From an uncultured Woeseiaceae bacterium (GTDB lineage Bacteria; Pseudomonadota; Gammaproteobacteria; Steroidobacterales; Woeseiaceae), in the NCBI GenBank assembly GCA_947259285.1, contig CAMYMR010000003.1, positions 318 through 64,317 of the forward strand: DNA of 64,000 nt, read 5' to 3'. Of the stretch, positions 1 to 6,810 are shown in pieces; the stretch's first letter is position 1, and every line of letters starts with the position of its first letter. The notes under the pieces are model-generated. The model had not been told where the DNA came from. It was given only the letters and a program-made list of their open reading frames with translations, and did not search any database. A program made the translations under genes and the position numbers.

Positions 1-2
1 AA

Positions 3-659
3 AACCTGGCGTTTTCGACCACGGATTTCAATTGCCTTGTGACCGACGCCGTCAAGGAAATAAGCTTTGGTGCCGGTGAGGTCCTGTTCACACAGGGCCA
101 GTCGAGTTCGAGCCTGTTTTCGATCAGTGAGGGCACGGTGAAGATCACCTGTCACTCGACGGATGGCAGGGAGCAGATCGTTGGTCTCAGCAGCCCCGGC
201 AAACTGCTTGTTGGCCTGCAGTCGCTCGACGATGACCATTACCGGTACTCGGCATTCGCCGCCACAGACGTTCGTGCCTGCAAGATACAGCACCGCCCGT
301 TGCTGGCTGCCGTCCGCCACAAGCCAGACGTTGCGATTCGGCTCATATCGGCCATCAATGCTCAGTTGGCGTACAGCCGATCGCTGATGCTGGTGATGGG
401 GCAGAAATGTGCCGCCGCGAAAATAGCCTCTTTCATCATGCTAATGGCACCAGGCAAGGATCACAGCAACGATCGATTTACGCTGCCGTTTTCGCGCAAT
501 GACCTTGCCGAAATGCTGGGGCTGAGCGAAGAGACCGTCTGCCGGCAGATGGCGAGCATGAAACGCCATGGCGTCATTTACGCACCGCGCGGCAAGATGC
601 AGGTCAAGGACTGGGGTCAGCTACGCGGTATTGCCGAGGGAACACTGCATATCCATTGA
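3..659 (+). CDS. Crp/Fnr-family transcriptional regulator, probably 5'-truncated by the window edge
   Basis: The ORF track gives 39..659 (GTG), but the frame has no stop back to nt 3. The N-part looks like an effector domain (GEVLFTQGQSSSSLFSISEGTVKI, GREQIVGL). The C-terminus has an HTH (RNDLAEMLGLSEETVCRQMASMKRHGVI). Confidence 0.8.
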   Translation, partial: NLAFSTTDFNCLVTDAVKEISFGAGEVLFTQGQSSSSLFSISEGTVKITCHSTDGREQIVGLSSPGKLLVGLQSLDDDHYRYSAFAATDVRACKIQHRPLLAAVRHKPDVAIRLISAINAQLAYSRSLMLVMGQKCAAAKIASFIMLMAPGKDHSNDRFTLPFSRNDLAEMLGLSEETVCRQMASMKRHGVIYAPRGKMQVKDWGQLRGIAEGTLHIH

Positions 660-867
660 GGGACCGGGAAAAGGGCGCCCTTCGCCAGAAGCCTAACCTG
701 CGCTGTCTCGATTCTCGTCGAGCCACCGGGCACAGGCTTTTGCTCGGAAACGCTTGATCTTCTCTATCTGATCTGGGCCAGGATGTTGCTGCGCAACATA
801 CACAGAATCTAAGAATCCCTGCTGGTCGCGCTGTAGGAATTTCTTCGTTGCCGGCGCCTATATAAAC

Positions 868-892
868 AAGGGGGCGGCTACGCCGCCCCCTT
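868..892 (-). terminator. Rho-independent terminator candidate downstream of the cytochrome gene
   Basis: 11-bp GC-rich stem AAGGGGGCGGC/GCCGCCCCCTT with a 3-nt loop. On the minus strand it is followed by GTTTATATA. It lies about 26 nt past the stop at 918. Confidence 0.6.
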
Positions 893-917
893 GGATAGCT
901 CCTTTCAAGTTGAGGTA

Positions 918-3275
918 CTAATCTCCGCCAGGTTCCTCGAATTTCGTCCGGAAAGACGGGTGGCAGCTGCCACAGGTGTTCGGCTGATCCGTATTAGGCT
1001 GGATCGTGACCACCTCGAAGCTGTGATCCGAGTTATCACCCGCGATAAACAGGCCATCATCGTCAACGAACCAGGAGCCGCTCTTCGCCGTCTTGGTCAT
1101 ATGGCAAGAGGTGCAGCGTCCTACCGGCCCTTCGCCCAGCCGGAAGTTCGCGGGGATATGCGAATCTTCTGGCTGATAAGGTGCCAGCGGCATACCCGCG
1201 GCCTCGCCGCTGTGGGTCTTGACGGCCTGCTCTACCAGGTCTTCCGCCGAGGTCTGTTCGGCGGCGTCCGGTGCCAGCGCGACGTCGTTCTTGTCGACGC
1301 TGCCGCCCCTGGAGACGTGGTAGACCGCGATGTCGTCTTTCGTCAACGTGGAGAACGGTCCGAAGCCGGCATGGCAGCTCAGGCAGCGCACATTGGACAT
1401 CAGGGCGTTCGAGTTGTCAGCGAACAGGAACTCGTTGCCGCCGAAATCATCAACCGTGAAGCGGAACGGGCCGCCACGGCCGCTATGCGGCGAGTGGCAG
1501 TCGTTGCAAGCCAGCTTGTCGAAAGGATTGTCGAGATGCATTGAGTTCAGGTAACTATTGTACTGCTGGCGATGACTCTTCGGGAAGCCGGTCGGCCAGT
1601 TGCCGGGTTTCTGGAAGAAGTAGCCTTCCGGCGCGTCCACGGCCTCGTAGTCCAGCGTATGAAGGCCGGCAATGAAGTTGCCGTCGAAGTCGGCCACGTC
1701 ACTGCGCCACGGGAATCCGAATGCACCGCCGCTGGGGGCCGGATCCGAGCCACGGCTGTGGCATTGGCCGCAGACGTTCACGGAATCCACTACCGACATG
1801 TGGTCCGGGTTCATGATCGCGTTCGGATCACCGCCACCGGAAACGTGACTGCTGCCCGGTCCATGGCATTTTTCGCAACCGATCCGATAGTCGACCGCTG
1901 AGTACTCGGTGACCAGGCCGGCCGCGTCAGCTGTAAGTCTGATCCCGGCTTCGTGGCAGCCCGAGCACTTCTTCGAGTAGGCTCGTTTCTGCTCGTACCA
2001 CTCCCATTGATGGTAGGACACCCACTCGAGCGTCCGCTGGTTGAACTGGATCGGAAGCATCAGCATGTCTTCGCAGGTCTGGGTCGTATCCCAGCTTACC
2101 CACGCCGGTTTCGGATTCTTGGCGAATGTACCTTCCGGGTTCAGCGTCGCGCAGGCGCCGAGGTCGGCGATGCTGACCATGTAGCGCTGCTTCCAGGCAC
2201 CGTTGATTTCCGTCGCAAGCGGGGGCATGCGACCCTGAAGTTCCGAAATCTCGCCCGCATGCGTGCCCGGTCCACCGTACGTCGCATAGACGGGGACCAC
2301 AAGGTCCACGGCTTCGTCCGCTACGCCGTCTGTGTTGCTATCGAACAATACCTCGTAGCGCGGATCGGGATCGTCGTTGCAAGTCCGGATGTAGGTACCG
2401 TGAGTCTCTGACCCCTTGTCAGGCGGTTCGGGTGGGATGTTGGAAACGACACCGGTATCGAACCAGGCACTGCAGAGTCCTGCGCCCGGATCGGCCGGCC
2501 AGCCGTTCAGGTCCATCTCCTCCAGCGAGCGCTCGACCACGCGATAGTGGCCGGAGCTCATCCATGCGTCGGTCAGGCCGCCGGCGTGGCAAAGCATGCA
2601 AACGTCGCTACCAATGAAATTCGCATCGCTCGCCGGGCCGCCCGACAGTTCGATATCGACGACGTCGCCGGCAGTCACTGAGACGCGTGTTCCGCCCTTC
2701 AGCAAGGTGGAGCCTGCCGGTGGCGTCACGCTCAGGAATTCGCGAACGACAGCGTCGATTGCGAAAGCGCCCGCCGCGTCGGTAACTGCATCCGCGCTAC
2801 CAGGCGCGGATACCGTCGCTCCTTCGACGGGTGTCCCATCCGGCGCGAGCACTGTGCCGCTAACCGTACCGGGAACACCGCTCACCGACACCGCAACATC
2901 CGTCGTCAGGCCGGCCGCGACATTCACAGAAGCCTCGGTCACCGTAACGCTTGTCCCCGCGATGCTGACGTTAACGTCATAGACACCAATGGGAACGTCT
3001 GCCAGGGCCGCTACACCCGTAGCGTCCGTGTCGACACTGGATGTCGCCGGATTAGTCGTGACGGTTGCGCCCTCAACGGGCGTACCGCCGGTGGTTACGG
3101 TTACACTGATCGTGCCCGTATCGACGGCGTCCTGGCCGTCAGCGCCCGGCGCCCCGGCAGCACCGGCAGCACCAGCAGCGCCATCGTCGCCTTCACAACC
3201 ACTCATTCCAAATGCGAGCGCGCACACGACGAGGGCTGACCAGGCGATTCGTTTGAATACTTCGAACCGGTTCAT
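918..3275 (-). CDS. Octaheme c-type cytochrome lipoprotein with N-terminal Ig-like (CarboxypepD_reg-like) repeats
   Basis: 785-aa ORF. The signal peptide ends in the lipobox-like FGMSGC, followed by a Gly/Ala linker (GAAGAAGAAGAPGADG). Two V/T-rich repeats contain GTPVEGATV. There are eight CXXCH motifs (CMLCH, CSGCH, CEKCH, CGQCH, CNDCH, CLSCH, CTSCH, CGSCH). Confidence 0.85.
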   Translation of the reverse strand: MNRFEVFKRIAWSALVVCALAFGMSGCEGDDGAAGAAGAAGAPGADGQDAVDTGTISVTVTTGGTPVEGATVTTNPATSSVDTDATGVAALADVPIGVYDVNVSIAGTSVTVTEASVNVAAGLTTDVAVSVSGVPGTVSGTVLAPDGTPVEGATVSAPGSADAVTDAAGAFAIDAVVREFLSVTPPAGSTLLKGGTRVSVTAGDVVDIELSGGPASDANFIGSDVCMLCHAGGLTDAWMSSGHYRVVERSLEEMDLNGWPADPGAGLCSAWFDTGVVSNIPPEPPDKGSETHGTYIRTCNDDPDPRYEVLFDSNTDGVADEAVDLVVPVYATYGGPGTHAGEISELQGRMPPLATEINGAWKQRYMVSIADLGACATLNPEGTFAKNPKPAWVSWDTTQTCEDMLMLPIQFNQRTLEWVSYHQWEWYEQKRAYSKKCSGCHEAGIRLTADAAGLVTEYSAVDYRIGCEKCHGPGSSHVSGGGDPNAIMNPDHMSVVDSVNVCGQCHSRGSDPAPSGGAFGFPWRSDVADFDGNFIAGLHTLDYEAVDAPEGYFFQKPGNWPTGFPKSHRQQYNSYLNSMHLDNPFDKLACNDCHSPHSGRGGPFRFTVDDFGGNEFLFADNSNALMSNVRCLSCHAGFGPFSTLTKDDIAVYHVSRGGSVDKNDVALAPDAAEQTSAEDLVEQAVKTHSGEAAGMPLAPYQPEDSHIPANFRLGEGPVGRCTSCHMTKTAKSGSWFVDDDGLFIAGDNSDHSFEVVTIQPNTDQPNTCGSCHPSFRTKFEEPGGD

Positions 3276-3388
3276 GATCCCACTCCTGAAATATTGAATT
3301 TAACCCGTGCTCAGAGTCACGCAATTGGGGTTGTTATCGGCGTACCTCTGGCACTTTTCGCAGCATAGGATCGATGGGCACTCGCAAC

Positions 3389-3404
3389 ACTGACAATTGT
3401 CAGT
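3389..3404. promoter_or_regulatory. Perfect 16-bp palindrome ACTGACAATTGTCAGT, candidate Crp/Fnr-type operator
   Basis: It contains the TGA-N6-TCA core of FNR/CRP-family boxes. It is centred about 121 nt upstream of the cytochrome start codon (3275, minus strand). Confidence 0.4.
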
Positions 3405-3664
3405 TTCGGCGCAGAAAATGCGTGTGGATTATGCGTACCGACGTCGCGGATTCTCGCGGTCTTTGCTTATTAACAGCGGGACAATTGCATTTATTGGAGT
3501 CGAAGGAGCCGGTATCGAATACTCTGCAACGACTCCGGTGGGTCACTAGCCGCGTTATGCGAACATTCAAGGTGCCCGCCGAACCGAAGCAAGGCCTCGT
3601 AGCGGACGTATCGGAATCAGATATCGGCGACCCGGCAGGGAGTCAGATCGCTTCGGCGAGAAAG

Positions 3665-3740
3665 TGGTGGGCCCCCGGGGACTCGAACCCCGGACCAAGA
3701 GATTAAGAGTCTCCTGCTCTACCAACTGAGCTAGAGGCCC
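3665..3740 (-). tRNA. tRNA-Lys (anticodon CUU)
   Basis: 76-nt cloverleaf on the minus strand: GGGCCUC-UA-GCUC-AGUUGGUA-GAGC-A-GGAGA-CUCUUAA-UCUCU-UGGUC-CGGGG-UUCGAGU-CCCCG-GGGGCCC-A-CCA. Confidence 0.9.
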
Positions 3741-3751
3741 CACCGTAAAAA

Positions 3752-3896
3752 TGGGGTGGACGATGGGACTCGAACCCCACTCCGGAGGTTCTCCAGGACC
3801 CTCCGCCGTCTACCCGGCTTCTTCCTTGTGACCGACCGGGATCATAAACAATCGATCCCGGTTGTCTGGATAAGTCGTGACGAATCACGCCTTACC
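3752..3896 (-). pseudogene. Degenerate tRNA-His-like element (tRNA-His pseudogene or att-type scar)
   Basis: Its 3' 26 nt are identical to the 3' end of tRNA-His. It has an anticodon-arm-like CCGGG-AUCGAUUGUUUAUGAU-CCCGG-UCG, where the real gene has CCGGG-UUGUGAU-CCCGG-UCG. About 57 nt are inserted before a weakened T-stem, and the 5' half has diverged (GGUAAGGCG versus GGUGGGCG). Confidence 0.4.
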
Positions 3897-3904
3897 ATCA
3901 AAAA

Positions 3905-3981
3905 TGGGGTGGACGATGGGACTCGAACCCACGACGACCGGGATCACAACCCGGGGCTCTACCAACTGAGCTACGCCCACC
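3905..3981 (-). tRNA. tRNA-His (anticodon GUG)
   Basis: 77 nt including G-1: G-GUGGGCG-UA-GCUC-AGUUGGUA-GAGC-C-CCGGG-UUGUGAU-CCCGG-UCGUC-GUGGG-UUCGAGU-CCCAU-CGUCCAC-C-CCA. Confidence 0.92.
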
Positions 3982-4035
3982 ACTGAACCTTCGATTTTAC
4001 TAGCAATTCCCCAACAATTCGCAACTCTGTCTGGA

Positions 4036-4508
4036 TGGCGCGCCCGGCAGGACTCGAACCTGCAACCCTCGGCTTAGCTTACCAACTACCGTTTTCACGG
4101 CCTCAATCATCCTGAGTTTGTGGTCTGGACTATCTCTTCGCCATCTCAGGCGCCGCACGTATAGTCTCTACGGAACCCTGCGAGGTCAGAGGCAAGACTT
4201 GCTTCTTTGCTCTGGCCGTTCTTGGACGTCTCTACCCTCGGTGATACGGTCAAGCCACTTACACGCTCGAACAAATCTACCTGAGCCTTCAAGACACCCA
4301 GGTCTCCCTTACTTTTGGCGTGATTCGACTGGTCCATTTCTCTCAGTCCGCTCCAATTCAGGGGTAAACCACAGGTTTCCACGGGATTGCCATCAGCATT
4401 ACCTGTTAAGGTTTCCCCGTTACAGTGCAGTCCACTGTGCCGGTTCAGTTTCCCGACACAGGCTCCTCACTCAAAGGCCGATGCTCTATCCAGTTGAGCT
4501 ACGGGCGC
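4036..4508 (-). tRNA. tRNA-Arg (anticodon UCU), interrupted by a 396-nt intron between U34 and C35
   Basis: The 5' exon is 4508..4474 and the 3' exon is 4077..4036. Joined, they give a 77-nt cloverleaf with perfect acceptor (GCGCCCG/CGGGCGC), D (GCUC/GAGC), anticodon (UCGGC/GCCGA) and T (GCAGG/CCUGC) stems and the loop CUUCUAA. From memory it is collinear with enterobacterial argU. Confidence 0.85.
4078..4473 (-). ncRNA. Group I (self-splicing type) intron in the tRNA-Arg(UCU) anticodon loop
   Basis: The insert follows a U and ends in G. Exon CCUU can pair with intron GAGG (nt 6-9) to form P1 with a U-G wobble. R-like GUUCCGUAGAGACUAUACG (4176..4158) and S-like AAGAGAUAGUCC (4138..4127) elements are present. 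GACUAU/AUAGUC can form P7 flanking a CGCC/GGCG hairpin. There are GNRA hairpins such as CCGU-GAAA-ACGG. Confidence 0.75.
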
Positions 4509-4553
4509 TCGATTATTGCAATACGCAAAACTCCTCAAAATGCAGAAAAATGT

Positions 4554-4630
4554 TGGTCGGGGCAGACGGATTCGAACCGCCGACCCTCTGCTCCCAAAGC
4601 AGATGCGCTACCAGACTGCGCCATGCCCCG
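4554..4630 (-). tRNA. tRNA-Pro (anticodon UGG)
   Basis: 77-nt cloverleaf: CGGGGCA-UG-GCGC-AGUCUGGUA-GCGC-A-UCUGC-UUUGGGA-GCAGA-GGGUC-GGCGG-UUCGAAU-CCGUC-UGCCCCG-A-CCA. Confidence 0.92.
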
Positions 4631-4686
4631 ATACCAGTGTTTCCGCCACGCGTCACCGGGCCGGAGCCGGGTTTTGCGGGGGCACG

Positions 4687-4715
4687 ATAATACGGGCGCG
4701 GGCGGAGCCAAGCAA
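4687..4715 (-). promoter_or_regulatory. Candidate sigma70 promoter of the tRNA operon
   Basis: On the minus strand: TTGCTT (4715..4710), a 17-nt spacer, then TATTAT (4692..4687), followed by the GC-rich discriminator CGTGCCCCCGC. It lies about 55 nt upstream of tRNA-Pro. Confidence 0.3.
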
Positions 4716-4806
4716 GCGCCTGGCGAAAGCCACGGTGCGGCTTGGCCGGACATCCTGCGCTCTGGTATCTTGCCGCTTCATGTCTCCTGGAAGAAGCGGA
4801 AGGACG

Positions 4807-5394
4807 ATGAGAAAAGCCCTGGTTACGGTGTTGCTCGCGCTATGCTCGGCGATGACGCTCGCGGCGGACAAGGTGCCCGCCCACCCACATATCGAAATGG
4901 TGACCTCGCTCGGCACCATCAGACTTGAACTGGACGGCAAACAGGCGCCGCTAACGGTCGCGCATTTCCTGAAACTCGTCGACAGTGGCTTTTATGACGG
5001 CACCGTCTTTCACCGCGTGATTCCCGGCTTCATGGTGCAGGGCGGCGGCTATACGCCCGGCCTCAAGCTCAAGGAAAAGGGAGCGTCCATTCCGAACGAA
5101 TCGGGCAACGGGATGACCAATGCGCGCGGCACGATTGCCATGGCGCGAACCGGCGACCCGCATTCAGCGAACTCGCAGTTCTTCATCAACGTTGCGGACA
5201 ACGAGAATCTCGACCCCAGTAAGAACACCTACAACGGCCGCTGGGGCTACGCGGTGTTCGGCTTTGTGATCGAAGGTATCGAGGTCGTCGACGCGATCGC
5301 CGGCACCAAAACCGGGCCCGGTGGCAAATTTCGCAAAGACGTACCCGTGGTTCCGGTGATCATCAAGAAGATCTCCCGCGTGACGTACGACTGA
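4807..5394 (+). CDS. ppiA: Peptidyl-prolyl cis-trans isomerase, cyclophilin type, with signal peptide
   Basis: The start was moved to ATG 4807 (MRKALVTVLLALCSAMTLAADK) behind GGAAGG, because the upstream part of the track ORF runs through tRNA-Pro. Cyclophilin motifs are present: FHRVIPGFMVQGGG and SANSQFFIN. Confidence 0.9.
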   Translation: MRKALVTVLLALCSAMTLAADKVPAHPHIEMVTSLGTIRLELDGKQAPLTVAHFLKLVDSGFYDGTVFHRVIPGFMVQGGGYTPGLKLKEKGASIPNESGNGMTNARGTIAMARTGDPHSANSQFFINVADNENLDPSKNTYNGRWGYAVFGFVIEGIEVVDAIAGTKTGPGGKFRKDVPVVPVIIKKISRVTYD

Positions 5395-5405
5395 AACGAC
5401 GCGCC

Positions 5406-6131
5406 GTGACCACCCTTTTCATCTCAGATTTGCACCTGGACGCAAACCGACCGGAAATCGGCGAACAGTTCTTACAGTTTCTCCAAGGCGAGGCGGCCGG
5501 AGCCGACGCGCTCTATATTCTGGGCGACCTTTTTGAATCCTGGGTCGGCGACGATGACCCGAACCCGCACTACGCGATCATGAAAGCTGCCATCCGGAAA
5601 CTCGTCGACGCCGGCGTTCCAGTCTTCTTCATGCACGGCAATCGTGACTTCATGATCGGCGAGCGGTTCGCCGAGGAAACCGGCGTGACGCTTCTGGACG
5701 ATCCGGTCTGCATCGAAATCCACGGCCAAAAGGTGCTGCTAAGCCACGGCGATGCGCTGTGCATTGACGACCAGCAGTATCAGCAGGTGCGACTCATGAC
5801 CCGGAATCCGAAGTGGCAGGCAATGATGCGCGCCAAACCGCTGGAAGAGCGTATTGCATTCGCCGAGCAGGCCAGAAAGCAGAGTAAGGAATACATGGAT
5901 TCCGTCGGCGAAGACATCATGGACGTCAACCAGGACGCCGTTGTGGGCACGTTTCGAAAACGCGGTGTCGACATACTCTTGCACGGACACACACACCGTC
6001 CGGCAATTCACGATGTGGACCTCAAAGACCGTATCGCGAAACGAATTGTTCTTGGCGACTGGTACGACCACGGCAGCGTGGTGCGCTGGGACGGCAACGG
6101 ACCACGACTGGAAGCGATGCCGAGATCGTAG
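5406..6131 (+). CDS. lpxH: UDP-2,3-diacylglucosamine diphosphatase
   Basis: MTTLFISDLHLD...LYILGDLFESWVGDDD...GNRDF...HGHTHRP is the calcineurin-like LpxH pattern. The position after ppi matches E. coli. Confidence 0.9.
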   Translation: MTTLFISDLHLDANRPEIGEQFLQFLQGEAAGADALYILGDLFESWVGDDDPNPHYAIMKAAIRKLVDAGVPVFFMHGNRDFMIGERFAEETGVTLLDDPVCIEIHGQKVLLSHGDALCIDDQQYQQVRLMTRNPKWQAMMRAKPLEERIAFAEQARKQSKEYMDSVGEDIMDVNQDAVVGTFRKRGVDILLHGHTHRPAIHDVDLKDRIAKRIVLGDWYDHGSVVRWDGNGPRLEAMPRS

Positions 6132-6140
6132 TTCCGCGAC

Positions 6141-6184
6141 GGGGACATTCTGCTTTATTCCAAGCGATAAAGCAGAATGTCCCC
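6141..6184. repeat. REP-like palindromic hairpin, copy 1 of 3 (probable bidirectional terminator)
   Basis: GGGGACATTCTGCTTT, a 12-nt loop, then AAAGCAGAATGTCCCC. It lies between the convergent stops of lpxH (6131) and miaE (6187). The same arms occur at 36039 and 49632. Confidence 0.8.
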
Positions 6185-6186
6185 GT

Positions 6187-6810
6187 TTATTGCGGGGGGC
6201 CCGAGTGGAAGCGGAAGTCCGGATCCGGGTCCGACACCAGCCGTGCTTCGATGCGCTTCAACTCTGTGAGCCGCGCGTCGATCTCCGCGCTTTCAACGCC
6301 GCACTCCGATCGAGCAAACTCAATATAGTGTTCGAAGTGGCGAGCCTCGGACGCCAGCAAGCCGGCGTAGAAGCGACCAAGCGGCTCGGGCAGGTGCGGC
6401 GCGAGTCGCGCGAAGCGTTCGCAGGAGCGCGCTTCGATCAGTGCGCCGATCAGCAGCATATCGAGCAACTTCTGCGGCTCCGTCTGGCGCGCCACCTGCC
6501 GCAGTCGCCCCGCGTATCGTGAAGCACTGAGGCGCTCAAACGGAACGCCCATGTCGTCCATGATCGACCGAACCTGCTCGAAGTGGCGCAGCTCCTCACG
6601 CGCCAGCTTCGACATTCTCTGCGCCAAAGCCCCCCGGTCCGGGTAGCGATACAGAAATCCGAGCGCCGTCGACGCCGCTTTCAGCTCGCAGTTGGCGTGG
6701 TCGAGCAGCAGTTCCGGAACTCGGCCGCATGCCTCCTCGATCCACTGTTCAGGCGTCGTCAAATCCAGGAAATCATCGATAGACGGCGGCACGGCGCAGG
6801 CTACAGCCAT
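6187..6810 (-). CDS. miaE: tRNA 2-methylthio-N6-isopentenyl-adenosine(37) hydroxylase
   Basis: DHANCELKAASTAL, REELRHFEQV, IEARSCERFA, SEARHFEHY and DFRFHSG match the di-iron MiaE pattern as I remember it from Salmonella. Confidence 0.8.
   Translation of the reverse strand: MAVACAVPPSIDDFLDLTTPEQWIEEACGRVPELLLDHANCELKAASTALGFLYRYPDRGALAQRMSKLAREELRHFEQVRSIMDDMGVPFERLSASRYAGRLRQVARQTEPQKLLDMLLIGALIEARSCERFARLAPHLPEPLGRFYAGLLASEARHFEHYIEFARSECGVESAEIDARLTELKRIEARLVSDPDPDFRFHSGPPQ

Noticed and set aside
3276-3664. The 389-nt gap between tRNA-Lys and the cytochrome gene as a hidden ncRNA or riboswitch
   Set aside because: Apart from the palindrome at 3389 and some loose GTATCG(G)AAT-like direct repeats (3509..3640), I could not fold or recognise any known RNA family by eye. 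It is left as a promoter/leader region.
3752-3896. tmRNA or tRNA-Sec interpretation of the tRNA-His-like element
   Set aside because: At about 145 nt it is far too short for tmRNA and has no tag-peptide reading frame. It has no UCA anticodon arm or 8/5 acceptor/T geometry for tRNA-Sec, and its T-stem is weakened to 3 bp.
4146-4382. 78-aa ORF inside the intron as a possible homing endonuclease
   Set aside because: It has no LAGLIDADG, GIY-YIG, HNH or His-Cys box pattern. The region is needed for the structured intron core and peripheral helices, and the ORF has no plausible ribosome-binding site.
4118-4928. Plus-strand ORFs (190, 167 and 292 aa) running through the tRNA-Arg/tRNA-Pro region
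   Set aside because: They overlap well-folded tRNA genes and the intron. Only the last 195 codons of the 292-aa ORF (from ATG 4807) correspond to the cyclophilin.
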